A DNA stretch of 48,134 bases, the filler included. It is 3 parts of 3 records of this genome, joined end to end, with 100 filler letters (N's around TTAATTAATTAA, not from the genome) between each part and the next. Parts side by side here need not be neighbours in the genome. Positions count along the whole stretch, not along the records: positions 24,532 to 44,034 come from SRR20825014_192; 2 more parts are not named here. One strand, written 5' to 3'. The position numbers and the translations under genes were made by a program. Under the pieces are notes generated by a model. That model had not been told where the DNA came from and made no database searches. It saw only the letters and a program-made list of their open reading frames with translations. Below are positions 26,179 to 35,006 of the stretch, one piece after another. Numbering within the stretch: the stretch's first letter is position 1; the number at the start of each line of letters is the position of its first letter.

Positions 26179-26193
26179 ATTAGTATTTCTAAT
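26179..26193. promoter_or_regulatory. LysR recognition site ATTAG-N5-CTAAT (T-N11-A)
   Basis: Perfect inverted repeat ATTAGTATTTCTAAT in the divergent LysR/DUF1127 intergenic region. It matches the T-N11-A rule and the CTAAT half-site known for GcvA. Confidence 0.75.
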
Positions 26194-26294
26194 CCACTCG
26201 ATCAGAAATACTCGTTTGTCTTCATCGAAATATAGCCACAGAATGGCTTCAACAGCAAACATTGCATTAGCAATATTAACTCATGGAGACAATC

Positions 26295-26564
26295 ATGGCT
26301 TATCAAGCTTGCCCTGCTCCTGCACATCAGGACTCATGCGACACGTCTGCCTCTTTGCTTTCGAATGCCACTGCATCGCTGCATTCCGCAGCCGTGTGGC
26401 TGACGAACCACCTAACATTGCAAGTGGAACGTTTTGCCCGATTTACCGAAATACGACGTCAACGCCGGATGTTGCTTACGCTCAATGATCAGCAACTTCG
26501 CGATATCGGCATCACCCGTGCTGATGCGGAAGAAGAATACCGACGGTCATTCAAATCAATCTAA
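26295..26564 (+). CDS. DUF1127 domain small protein (~89 aa)
   Basis: C-terminal RRQRRMLLTLNDQQLRDIGITRADAEEE is the DUF1127 signature. GGAGA RBS lies just before ATG 26295 (alternative start 26283). Confidence 0.9.
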   Translation: MAYQACPAPAHQDSCDTSASLLSNATASLHSAAVWLTNHLTLQVERFARFTEIRRQRRMLLTLNDQQLRDIGITRADAEEEYRRSFKSI

Positions 26565-26704
26565 CCCGACTGTCACCGAACAGGCCCGTTGCTTTAAGCA
26601 GCCCCACGCTTATCCCCCAAAGTCATCGGGCCTGCCCTTCGTGCCACCGCACAACCCAAACTTTCACCCGGTTGATGACGTGATGTCATTGATCGGGTGT
26701 TTTT
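26565..26704 (+). ncRNA. Candidate structured 3'-UTR / 3'-derived sRNA downstream of DUF1127
   Basis: Hairpin CAGGCCCG(26581-88)...CGGGCCTG(26627-34) encloses a C-rich loop, followed by a C/A-rich linker and a terminator. Inferred from structure only. Confidence 0.35.
26665..26704 (+). terminator. Intrinsic terminator after DUF1127
   Basis: CACCCGGTTGATGAC-GTGAT-GTCATTGATCGGGTG forms a 15-bp stem (with G-U pairs) followed by TTTTT. Confidence 0.75.
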
Positions 26705-26814
26705 ACAGACGCCCCTATCCCGGCTGACGGATACAGAATTGATCGATTGCAGTCGCCACAGCAATACCGCAAGATTATCGATATTCTTTATCGATATCAC
26801 TTGGAAATGCAGCC

Positions 26815-27873
26815 ATGGCGTCTGGAAAAAAGGCTCGAAAATCGACCAAAGCCAAAGTCACCGACGAAAGTGCCAAGACACTTTCTGATGCCACACGTCG
26901 CACAGAGAAAAGTCGGTCCGCCGCAAACAAGGCTGCGTCGATGGCTACACTTGATCGCGAAACCAAAGACCATTTGTTGCTGGATTGCGAAAATCTGACG
27001 ATGGACCGGATTGACGATCATCCAGCAGGGCAAAACCGCCCCGCTAGCCAAAATAAAGTCAACATTCACGTCAGCAAGAATGATTTACCACCCGACATAG
27101 ACCTTAAGCCCAATGCGCGGGCAAAAAAGATGCCCGGCAAACAGTATCTTGAACTGATTGCCCCACTGCATATCGAACTTTTGAAGCTGCAAAACTGGAT
27201 CAAGGCCGAAAACCTGAAATCCATGGTTATCTTTGAAGGACGCGATGCCGCAGGCAAAGGCGGCACGATCAAACGGTTTACCGAACATCTTAATCCACGC
27301 GGGGCCCGCATTGTCGCACTTGCCAAACCAAACGACCGTGAACTTACCCAATGGTATTTCCAACGCTACATAGAACATCTGCCAAGTGGTGGTGAAATCG
27401 CCCTGTTTGACCGGTCATGGTACAACCGCGCCATGGTTGAACGCGTTATGGGTTTTTGCAGCATGTTTGACGTCAGCGAGTTTCTGCAATCCGTGCCGGA
27501 ACTTGAACGGATGTTGATCCGGTCAGACATTCGCATGACCAAGTTCTATTTCTCCGTCAGCAAGTCAGAACAGGGCCGCCGGTTCAAGCAACGGCAGTCT
27601 GATCCATTGAAACAGTGGAAACTTAGCCCGGTTGATTTGGCATCCCAGAACCTTTGGGAATCCTATACAGAAGCCAAGCGCGACATGTTCTTTCACACAT
27701 CAACAACCGACAGCCCATGGGTCATCGTTAAATCCGACGACAAGAAACGGGCGCGCATTAATGCCATGCGCTACTACCTGTCGCAGTTCGACTACCCCGG
27801 CAAACGGCCTGAAATTCTGGTCTTTGATCGAAGGGTCATTCGCAGTGTCGCGGAAGAACTTGATGATGGATAA
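26815..27873 (+). CDS. ppk2: Polyphosphate kinase 2
   Basis: Walker A FEGRDAAGKGG, Walker B FDRSWYNR, and DPLKQWKLSPVD. Charged N-terminal extension, so the start is uncertain. Confidence 0.95.
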   Translation: MASGKKARKSTKAKVTDESAKTLSDATRRTEKSRSAANKAASMATLDRETKDHLLLDCENLTMDRIDDHPAGQNRPASQNKVNIHVSKNDLPPDIDLKPNARAKKMPGKQYLELIAPLHIELLKLQNWIKAENLKSMVIFEGRDAAGKGGTIKRFTEHLNPRGARIVALAKPNDRELTQWYFQRYIEHLPSGGEIALFDRSWYNRAMVERVMGFCSMFDVSEFLQSVPELERMLIRSDIRMTKFYFSVSKSEQGRRFKQRQSDPLKQWKLSPVDLASQNLWESYTEAKRDMFFHTSTTDSPWVIVKSDDKKRARINAMRYYLSQFDYPGKRPEILVFDRRVIRSVAEELDDG

Positions 27874-27996
27874 ACGCTATCCATAACCCGCAGGTTTTCC
27901 AGATCGTGAAAACATTGTCCTGGTAACAGCGGCACACATTGACAATATCGCTCCTGCCACCTTTACTGGCATCCAACAGTATTTGGGAGGCAAACA

Positions 27997-28866
27997 ATGG
28001 CAAAATGTGCATTTATCGGTTTGGGTGTCATGGGATATCCAATGGCCGGTCACCTGCAAAAAGCAGGTCACGACGTTACCGTCTATAACCGTACCACTGC
28101 CAAGGCAGAAAAATGGGTTGCCGAATTTGGTGGCGCGTCCGCACCAACCCCGGCCGAAGCAGCCAAGGGTGCAGAATTCGTATTTTCCTGCGTCGGCAAT
28201 GATGATGATCTGCGCAACGTGATGCTGGGCGATGGCGGCATGTTTGCAGGCATGGATAAAGGTGCTGTTTTAATTGACAACACCACCGCGTCTGCTGACG
28301 TTGCGCGTGAACTTTATGCCGCAGCAAAAGAACAGGGAATTTCCTTCATCGACGCACCAGTGTCTGGCGGCCAGGCCGGTGCTGAAAATGGTGTTTTGAC
28401 GGTGATGTGTGGCGGTGATCAAGCCGCCTTTGATCGCGCAGAACCCGTCATTGATGCCTTTGCCCGTTCGTGCAAATTGATGGGCGAAAGCGGATCCGGT
28501 CAATTGACCAAAATGGTCAATCAGATCTGCATCGCGGGGCTGGTTCAGGGCCTTTCCGAAGGTGTCAATTTCGGCGTGAAAGCCGGACTTGATATGTCAA
28601 AGGTTCTTGATGTGATTTCCAAAGGGGCTGCTGGCAGCTGGCAGATGGAAAACCGCGGTTCCACCATGGTCGAAAACAAGTTCGACTTTGGTTTTGCGGT
28701 TGACTGGATGCGCAAGGATCTTGGCATCTGTCTTGAAGAATCCAAACAAAATGGTGCGCGTCTTCCGGTCACAGCCCTGGTTGATCAATTCTATGCGCAG
28801 GTACAGGATCGAGGCGGCAATCGCTGGGATACGTCCAGCCTGATTGATTTGCTCGCACGCGGCTAG
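27997..28866 (+). CDS. NAD(P)-dependent beta-hydroxyacid dehydrogenase (3-hydroxyisobutyrate dehydrogenase family)
   Basis: FIGLGVMGYPMA Rossmann motif, DAPVSGG and GSGQLTKMVNQ. GGAGG RBS. Confidence 0.92.
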   Translation: MAKCAFIGLGVMGYPMAGHLQKAGHDVTVYNRTTAKAEKWVAEFGGASAPTPAEAAKGAEFVFSCVGNDDDLRNVMLGDGGMFAGMDKGAVLIDNTTASADVARELYAAAKEQGISFIDAPVSGGQAGAENGVLTVMCGGDQAAFDRAEPVIDAFARSCKLMGESGSGQLTKMVNQICIAGLVQGLSEGVNFGVKAGLDMSKVLDVISKGAAGSWQMENRGSTMVENKFDFGFAVDWMRKDLGICLEESKQNGARLPVTALVDQFYAQVQDRGGNRWDTSSLIDLLARG

Positions 28867-28888
28867 GATACGGCCAAAGACCTGATTG

Positions 28889-28932
28889 AAGCAAAAAGCG
28901 CGGCCTGCATGCATGAGCCGCGCTTTTTGCTT
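28889..28932. terminator. Bidirectional intrinsic terminator
   Basis: Perfect 16-bp inverted repeat AAGCAAAAAGCGCGGC...GCCGCGCTTTTTGCTT between convergent genes. Confidence 0.88.
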
Positions 28933-28949
28933 GCTGATCATGTGAGCTT

Positions 28950-30497
28950 TTAGAGCCCTGCACGCAAAAGCGGCTCAACCTGATTGCGATATGTCGCCAA
29001 AGGACCATCAGCGAAATAGCCAACAGCACATTCCAAAACGGAATCGCGATAAACCTCTTCGCCGTCTTCGGGTTTTTCTTCAAGGTTCTCGCGGCTGGAT
29101 TTTCCAAGACGCTCGATCTCGATATCCTGTTCGCACGTCGTTGCATCCAAACTTGCCAATGACTGGCGCGGATCGCGGCGACGGGATGGCAATGCGTGTT
29201 CCAGATCAATTTCGCGTTCGAACTCTTCGGCATCTGCGCGGTTGACTTCAATATCCGGGATCACGCCGTGGCCCTGAACGATATGGTTTTCAGGTGTGGT
29301 GTAATATCCGGTGGTGATTTTAAGTCCACCACCCGACGTCAATGGCATGATGCGCTGCATGGAGCCTTTGCCAAAGGACCGTTCGCCAATGATCACGCCG
29401 CGACCGTTTTCCCGCAAGGCAGCAGCCATCAGCTCGGCGCCAGATGCCGACCCGCGATCCAGCAAAATGGCCATTGGTACCTGATCAAAATAATCGGACC
29501 GATCGGCTTCATAACTGCGCATTTTGCGCTCGCCACGTCCTTCGGTCGCAACAATCAATCCGTTTGTCAGGAACTGATCGGCTATATCTGCCGCACTATC
29601 AAGCAAACCGCCCGGATTGCGGCGCAGGTCAACAATGATCCCGCGCGGCGTTACGATCCGGCCTTCCAGTTCCGATAGATATTCTTGTGTTTGATCAAGT
29701 GTTGTCGCATCGAAACGCGACACACGGATATATCCGATATCCTGATCAATGATCCCGGCGGTTACCGATGGCACTTCGATCCGCGCACGCTTAACCGTGA
29801 CATCAAAGCTGTTATCCACCCGAAAAATGGTCAAGGTTACCGGATCACCCACACGACCACGCATCAGACGCACTGCCTCGGAAATCGGTTCGCCCTTCAT
29901 CTGATGACCGTCAATATGTGTAATCCGGTCATCAGGCCTTAAACCTGCACGTGCCGCCGGGGTGTCATCAATCGGGGAAACAATGCGGATATGTTTTTCA
30001 TCATCAAGCGATATGACAATCCCGACCCCGGCAAAGCTGCCTTCTGTGCTTTCCTGCAGGCGGCGGAACATATCATCGGTCATGTAAGCACTATGGGGGT
30101 CAAGCGTGTGCAAGCTGTCATCAAGGGCGGCACCAACGATATTGATCGGTGACATGTCGTCGATTTCAAGACCATTGAGCGAAGCGATGCTGTTTTCAAC
30201 AAACGCAGCCCGGTCTATTTTCTCGACATAGGTCTCAGAAAGAACCTGAAGGGCCTCGACATATAGTTTATCTGCATGGGCAAATTGATCATCTGTCGCC
30301 CCGGCAGCTACGCTGTCGCGATAGGCGTCAAGAAATCTGCGTTCCTCGTCGCTGGGCCAGGCAGGCCCGGCGCAGGCGACCAGCTTTGTCCCGGCGAACG
30401 AAATCAGCACAGCAAACAAAACCGGCAATAATCCTTTACGCAGCAATAGCCCACTCCTGTCATTCAACTTGAATACCGGATTACAATCCGGCGGCAT
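28950..30497 (-). CDS. S41 family carboxy-terminal processing protease (CtpA-like) with PDZ domain
   Basis: LDPHSAY, PDZ (FAGVGIVI...IVSPIDDTPAARAGL), VDLRRNPGGLL, catalytic SASGAE and SFGKGSMQ. Hydrophobic N-terminus; start uncertain. Confidence 0.92.
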   Translation of the reverse strand: MPPDCNPVFKLNDRSGLLLRKGLLPVLFAVLISFAGTKLVACAGPAWPSDEERRFLDAYRDSVAAGATDDQFAHADKLYVEALQVLSETYVEKIDRAAFVENSIASLNGLEIDDMSPINIVGAALDDSLHTLDPHSAYMTDDMFRRLQESTEGSFAGVGIVISLDDEKHIRIVSPIDDTPAARAGLRPDDRITHIDGHQMKGEPISEAVRLMRGRVGDPVTLTIFRVDNSFDVTVKRARIEVPSVTAGIIDQDIGYIRVSRFDATTLDQTQEYLSELEGRIVTPRGIIVDLRRNPGGLLDSAADIADQFLTNGLIVATEGRGERKMRSYEADRSDYFDQVPMAILLDRGSASGAELMAAALRENGRGVIIGERSFGKGSMQRIMPLTSGGGLKITTGYYTTPENHIVQGHGVIPDIEVNRADAEEFEREIDLEHALPSRRRDPRQSLASLDATTCEQDIEIERLGKSSRENLEEKPEDGEEVYRDSVLECAVGYFADGPLATYRNQVEPLLRAGL

Positions 30498-30802
30498 TAT
30501 CAGCCAAGTCTAGCCTGCCTTTTTGCGATTGGCGACCCCTCGCCTGATTTAAGGGTGTGTTTTCGACTGATAACCGATCAATTGGACGTGAACTCACATA
30601 TCGGAAGCTTTCCCCGACTTTGCCAGTCCTCTTTCACTGAACGCGCCCACAAACAACGACAAATAAGTCTTTCGACCAAGATCAGCGAAACAGACTCGAT
30701 CTTGATCCAATCGACCGTTATGCTGTGATCTAACAAACAAAGTTGGCAGAAAGCCGACTGTTCCGAGCGGGCGGCTCACATTTCAGGGAGACGTCTTTTT
30801 TA

Positions 30803-32587
30803 ATGAGCGATTTTACACCACCCATTGCCGATTTCAGGTTCCTGATCCATGACGTGATCGGGCTGGATACGGTTGCCCACCTGCCGACATATTCGGAAAC
30901 AACGCCTGATGTGGTGGATGCTATCCTTGAAGAAGCCGGAAAGCTTGCATCATCCGTTCTTGCGCCCCTGAACCGCATCGGCGATCAGGAAGGTGCAAAA
31001 CTTCTTGATGACGGCACTGTGCGCACACCGACCGGCTGGAAAGAAGCCTATCAGCAGTTCTGCGATGGTGGCTGGCAAGGTATCACGGCCCCTGAAGCCG
31101 AAGGAGGCATGGGACTTCCCGTTCTTCTTGGCGCTGCCGTTGCTGAAATGTGGCATTCATCAAACATGGCCTTTGCGCTCTGCCCAATGTTGACGGCAGG
31201 TGCGATTGAAGCCCTTTGTGCGCATGGATCGGATGCGCAACGCAAATTGTATCTGTCGCGGATGATCAGCGGCGAATGGACCGGCACAATGAACCTGACC
31301 GAACCACAGGCGGGGTCGGATCTTTCAAAGGTGCGCAGTATGGCAATCCCGCAAGGTGACGGGACATATCGCGTTTCAGGTCAGAAGATATTCATCACCT
31401 ATGGTGATCACGAGATGACGGAAAATATCGTTCATCTTGTCTTGGCCAGAACGCCTGATGCACCTGCTGGTGTCAAAGGCATCTCCCTTTTCATCGTCCC
31501 GAAATATCTGGTCGATGATGCTGGATCAATCGGTGAACGCAATGACGTCACGTGTGTATCGCTTGAACACAAACTTGGTATTCACGCCAGTCCGACAGCG
31601 GTTCTTTCCTTTGGCGATCAGGGCGGTGCAACAGGTTATCTTATTGGCGAAGAAGGCAAGGGTTTGGCTTATATGTTCACGATGATGAACAATGCCCGCC
31701 TTGCTGTTGGTCAACAGGGCGTCGCCATTTCCGAACGCGCCTATCAACAGGCACTTGAGTATGCACATACCCGCAAACAGGGTCGCGCTGCCAATAATGA
31801 AGGCGACGCACCAATTATCCTGCATAGTGACGTTCAACGCATGTTAATGCGCATGCGTGCCTCAACCGAAGCCGCACGGGCACTCTCCCTTTATGCTGCG
31901 ACCCAGCTTGACCTTGCCCATCACCTTGCCGATGAGGCGGATCGGGCAGCAGCCCAAACCCGTGCTGATCTTTTGATCCCGTTGGTCAAGGGCTGGTCAA
32001 CCGATCTTGGCGTTGATAATGCATCTCTTGGCGTTCAAGTCCACGGTGGTATGGGTTTCATTGAAGAAACCGGTGCCGCCCAGCATTTGCGCGATGCCCG
32101 CATTGCCCCGATTTACGAGGGAACAAATGGCATTCAAGCAATTGACTTCATCGGCCGCAAGGTCCTTCGCGATCGGGCAGATGGTCTCAACAGCCTTTTG
32201 GCAAATGTAAAACAAACAATCGAAGACGCACAGAACTCTCCCCCATCAAAGGCCGTTCAGACGGCATCAGAACAGCTACAGAAAGCTGTCGACTTACTTG
32301 ATGCCAGCACCACAACCGTTCTTGAACGCTGCGGTATGAATGGTGACATGGCACAGGTTCTTGCATCACCCTATTTGCGTCAGGCGGCGTTGTGCATTTC
32401 CGGTTGGCTGATGTTGCGGTCCATGATGGCAGCCGCACGTTCGGCTACGCAAAGCGACTTTCGAACTTCCAAGATTAAAACTTGTCAGTTCTTCTTTACG
32501 CAGCTCTTGCCCGAAGCGACCTTCATGGCGACCCAAATCGAGAATAGCGACACGGTCGAGTTACACGAAACCCGGCCACTATTTTGA
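30803..32587 (+). CDS. Acyl-CoA dehydrogenase (long ~590-aa, DmdC-like subfamily)
   Basis: TMNLTEPQAGSDL, GQKIFIT, KGISLF, QVHGGMGFIEE and IYEGTNGIQ motifs. GGGAGA RBS before ATG 30803. Confidence 0.93.
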   Translation: MSDFTPPIADFRFLIHDVIGLDTVAHLPTYSETTPDVVDAILEEAGKLASSVLAPLNRIGDQEGAKLLDDGTVRTPTGWKEAYQQFCDGGWQGITAPEAEGGMGLPVLLGAAVAEMWHSSNMAFALCPMLTAGAIEALCAHGSDAQRKLYLSRMISGEWTGTMNLTEPQAGSDLSKVRSMAIPQGDGTYRVSGQKIFITYGDHEMTENIVHLVLARTPDAPAGVKGISLFIVPKYLVDDAGSIGERNDVTCVSLEHKLGIHASPTAVLSFGDQGGATGYLIGEEGKGLAYMFTMMNNARLAVGQQGVAISERAYQQALEYAHTRKQGRAANNEGDAPIILHSDVQRMLMRMRASTEAARALSLYAATQLDLAHHLADEADRAAAQTRADLLIPLVKGWSTDLGVDNASLGVQVHGGMGFIEETGAAQHLRDARIAPIYEGTNGIQAIDFIGRKVLRDRADGLNSLLANVKQTIEDAQNSPPSKAVQTASEQLQKAVDLLDASTTTVLERCGMNGDMAQVLASPYLRQAALCISGWLMLRSMMAAARSATQSDFRTSKIKTCQFFFTQLLPEATFMATQIENSDTVELHETRPLF

Positions 32588-32783
32588 CAAACTCTTTTTT
32601 GAGATTGCCCCATGCCATCGTTATCAAAAGATGACGATGGCATGATCACTTCTACCGCACCTGTTCAGAGTGCGATCAACTTTACCTCTTCGCGCGCCAA
32701 CATTCGGAAATTCCGTACGAATTGACCTTGTTTGGCGATAATTTCCTGTTTCGGTTTTTGATTGCTTCTCTATAATCCGCCCG

Positions 32784-33902
32784 ATGAATCGCTTAACCCG
32801 ATATATGCTTAAACAGCAGTTGATTATGATGGTGTTTGTGACGCTGGGGCTTCTCTGCGTCATTTGGCTATCGCAAAGCCTACGATTTGTCGAAATGATT
32901 GTGAATCGGGGCCTGTCGATTTCGGTCTTTTTACAGCTGACATCCTTGCTGCTTCCAAGCTTCCTGACGATCATTATCCCGATCTCGTTGTTTTTTGTGG
33001 TTGTCTTTACCTACAACAAGCTGATTCAGGATCGTGAATTGATCATTATGCGATCAGCCGGGTTGAGCCAGTGGGCTTTGGCCAAGCCCGCTTTGATGGT
33101 TGCCCTGATATCGACCGCCATTTGCTATTTTCTGACCCTGTTTTACCTGCCCTATAGCTACCAGCAATTCAAAGAATTACAGTTTTCCATTCGGAATGAT
33201 TTCTCATCTGTGCTTTTGCAGGAAGGAAGCTTTACCGATCTTGATGGTTTGACGGTTTATGTGCGCGAAGTCGGTCGGGACAATGAATTGCTGGGCATTC
33301 TGGTTCATGATTCCCGCGACCCTGCGGCGCAAACGACCATGATGGCGAAACACGGGGCCTTGTTGCGCACCGATGAAGGCCCAAGGATTGTCTTGCTTGA
33401 CGGTAACCGGCAGGAAGTGGACCCGGATGACGGTACGATGTCGATCCTGTATTTCGACCGCTACGCTGTCGATATCGCTCATAGCGCAGAAGACCCAACC
33501 ATCCGCTACCGCGAAGCACGTGAACGTAGTGTGCTTAATCTTTTAACAGGGGTCGTCCCTGACATTTCGCAAAACGATATTGGGGCGTTCCGGGCCGAGG
33601 GTCATGACCGGCTTATTTCACCGCTAAACGCGATCGCCTTCGCCTGCATTGCGCTAGCTGTTCTGGTTTCAAGCAGCTTTTCCCGACGTGGACAAACCGG
33701 TCGTCTTCTGATTGCGATTGGCGTGATGGTGCTATGCCAGGCATTGGGTATTGCGATGAAAAATCTGGCCGGTAAGAACCCGGCACTTGTACCTTTGATG
33801 TATGCCAATGCGTTCCTTCCGATCATATTGGGCCTGTATTGGACATTCCGCGGGCCACAGATACGCGCGAAACGTGCCATAGCTGAAGAGGCCGAGGCAT
33901 GA
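32784..33902 (+). CDS. lptF: LPS export ABC transporter permease LptF
   Basis: YjgP/YjgQ topology, DRELIIMRSAGLS motif, first gene of the lptFG-lptD-surA-pdxA-rsmA cluster. Confidence 0.92.
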   Translation: MNRLTRYMLKQQLIMMVFVTLGLLCVIWLSQSLRFVEMIVNRGLSISVFLQLTSLLLPSFLTIIIPISLFFVVVFTYNKLIQDRELIIMRSAGLSQWALAKPALMVALISTAICYFLTLFYLPYSYQQFKELQFSIRNDFSSVLLQEGSFTDLDGLTVYVREVGRDNELLGILVHDSRDPAAQTTMMAKHGALLRTDEGPRIVLLDGNRQEVDPDDGTMSILYFDRYAVDIAHSAEDPTIRYREARERSVLNLLTGVVPDISQNDIGAFRAEGHDRLISPLNAIAFACIALAVLVSSSFSRRGQTGRLLIAIGVMVLCQALGIAMKNLAGKNPALVPLMYANAFLPIILGLYWTFRGPQIRAKRAIAEEAEA

Positions 33903-35002
33903 GAATTTCTCCGATCCTGACATGGTATTTTGGCAAGCATGTTCTGATTTCGATTCTCTCTATTCTGGCTCTTCTGATTGGTCTGATCGTGATCGGTGAC
34001 ACCATTGAGCTGTTGCGCCGTGCCGGTGGCAAGCCAGATGCGACCGTCAGTATCGTTGTACAAATGGCCACCAGCCGGATTCCTTTTATGACGGAAAAGG
34101 TTTTGCCCTTTGCCGTTTTGTTCGGGTCGATGTTTTCGTTCTGGAAACTTACCGGAAATCAGGAACTGGTTGTTACGCGTGCTGCTGGTGTTTCAGCATG
34201 GCAGTTTATGTTGCCGCCAATTCTGTGTGCTTTGATCCTTGGCACCATTCAGGTTGCGGCTCTTAATCCGCTCTCATCTATCCTTTTGCAGCGTTATGAA
34301 ACGCTCGAAGCACGTTACCTTCAGAACAATGTCAGTGTGATGAATCTGTCTTCAAGCGGCCTTTGGCTACGCCAAGGCACGCAAGATGGGCAAGCTGTGA
34401 TCTATGCTCGGGAAGTTCGCAGCCAACAAGGCGATCAAATTGATCTGCGCAATGTAACTGTTTTCCGGTTTGAAAACTCGGATGATTTCACAACCCGCGT
34501 TGATGCCGGACGTGCCGTTCTGCAACCTGGAACGTGGCATTTTTACAATGCCTGGACATTTACCCCAGGACAGGCCAGCAAGTTCTCTGATGAACTAAAA
34601 CTGCCCACCAATCTGACTGCACGGAAAATTCAAGACAGCTTTGCCTCGCCTGAAACAATGTCTTTCTGGGATTTAAAGCCGTTCATCAGTTTGCTCGAAC
34701 GCGCAGGATTTAACGCCACGCGCCATCGCATTCACTTCCACAGCCTGCTGTCTCGACCACTTCTTTTATGTGCTATGGTTCTGATTGCTGCGGCATTTTG
34801 TCTTAAATTTTCTCGACGTAGACGGGCATCCCTTGTTATCGGTGGTGGTGTTACAACAGGGTTTATTCTTTATTTTTGTACCGACGTAATTTCAGCGCTG
34901 GGTGTTTCGGGTGGGATTCCACCAATACTCTCCGCATGGGCACCTGCCGGTATTTCGTTGCTATTGGGGATTTCGACATTGCTACATCTTGAGGATGGCT
35001 AG
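33899..35002 (+). CDS. lptG: LPS export ABC transporter permease LptG
   Basis: QELVVTRAAGVSAWQF motif, C-terminal LLHLEDG, ATGA overlap with lptF. Confidence 0.92.
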   Translation: MRISPILTWYFGKHVLISILSILALLIGLIVIGDTIELLRRAGGKPDATVSIVVQMATSRIPFMTEKVLPFAVLFGSMFSFWKLTGNQELVVTRAAGVSAWQFMLPPILCALILGTIQVAALNPLSSILLQRYETLEARYLQNNVSVMNLSSSGLWLRQGTQDGQAVIYAREVRSQQGDQIDLRNVTVFRFENSDDFTTRVDAGRAVLQPGTWHFYNAWTFTPGQASKFSDELKLPTNLTARKIQDSFASPETMSFWDLKPFISLLERAGFNATRHRIHFHSLLSRPLLLCAMVLIAAAFCLKFSRRRRASLVIGGGVTTGFILYFCTDVISALGVSGGIPPILSAWAPAGISLLLGISTLLHLEDG

Positions 35003-35006
35003 ACAT

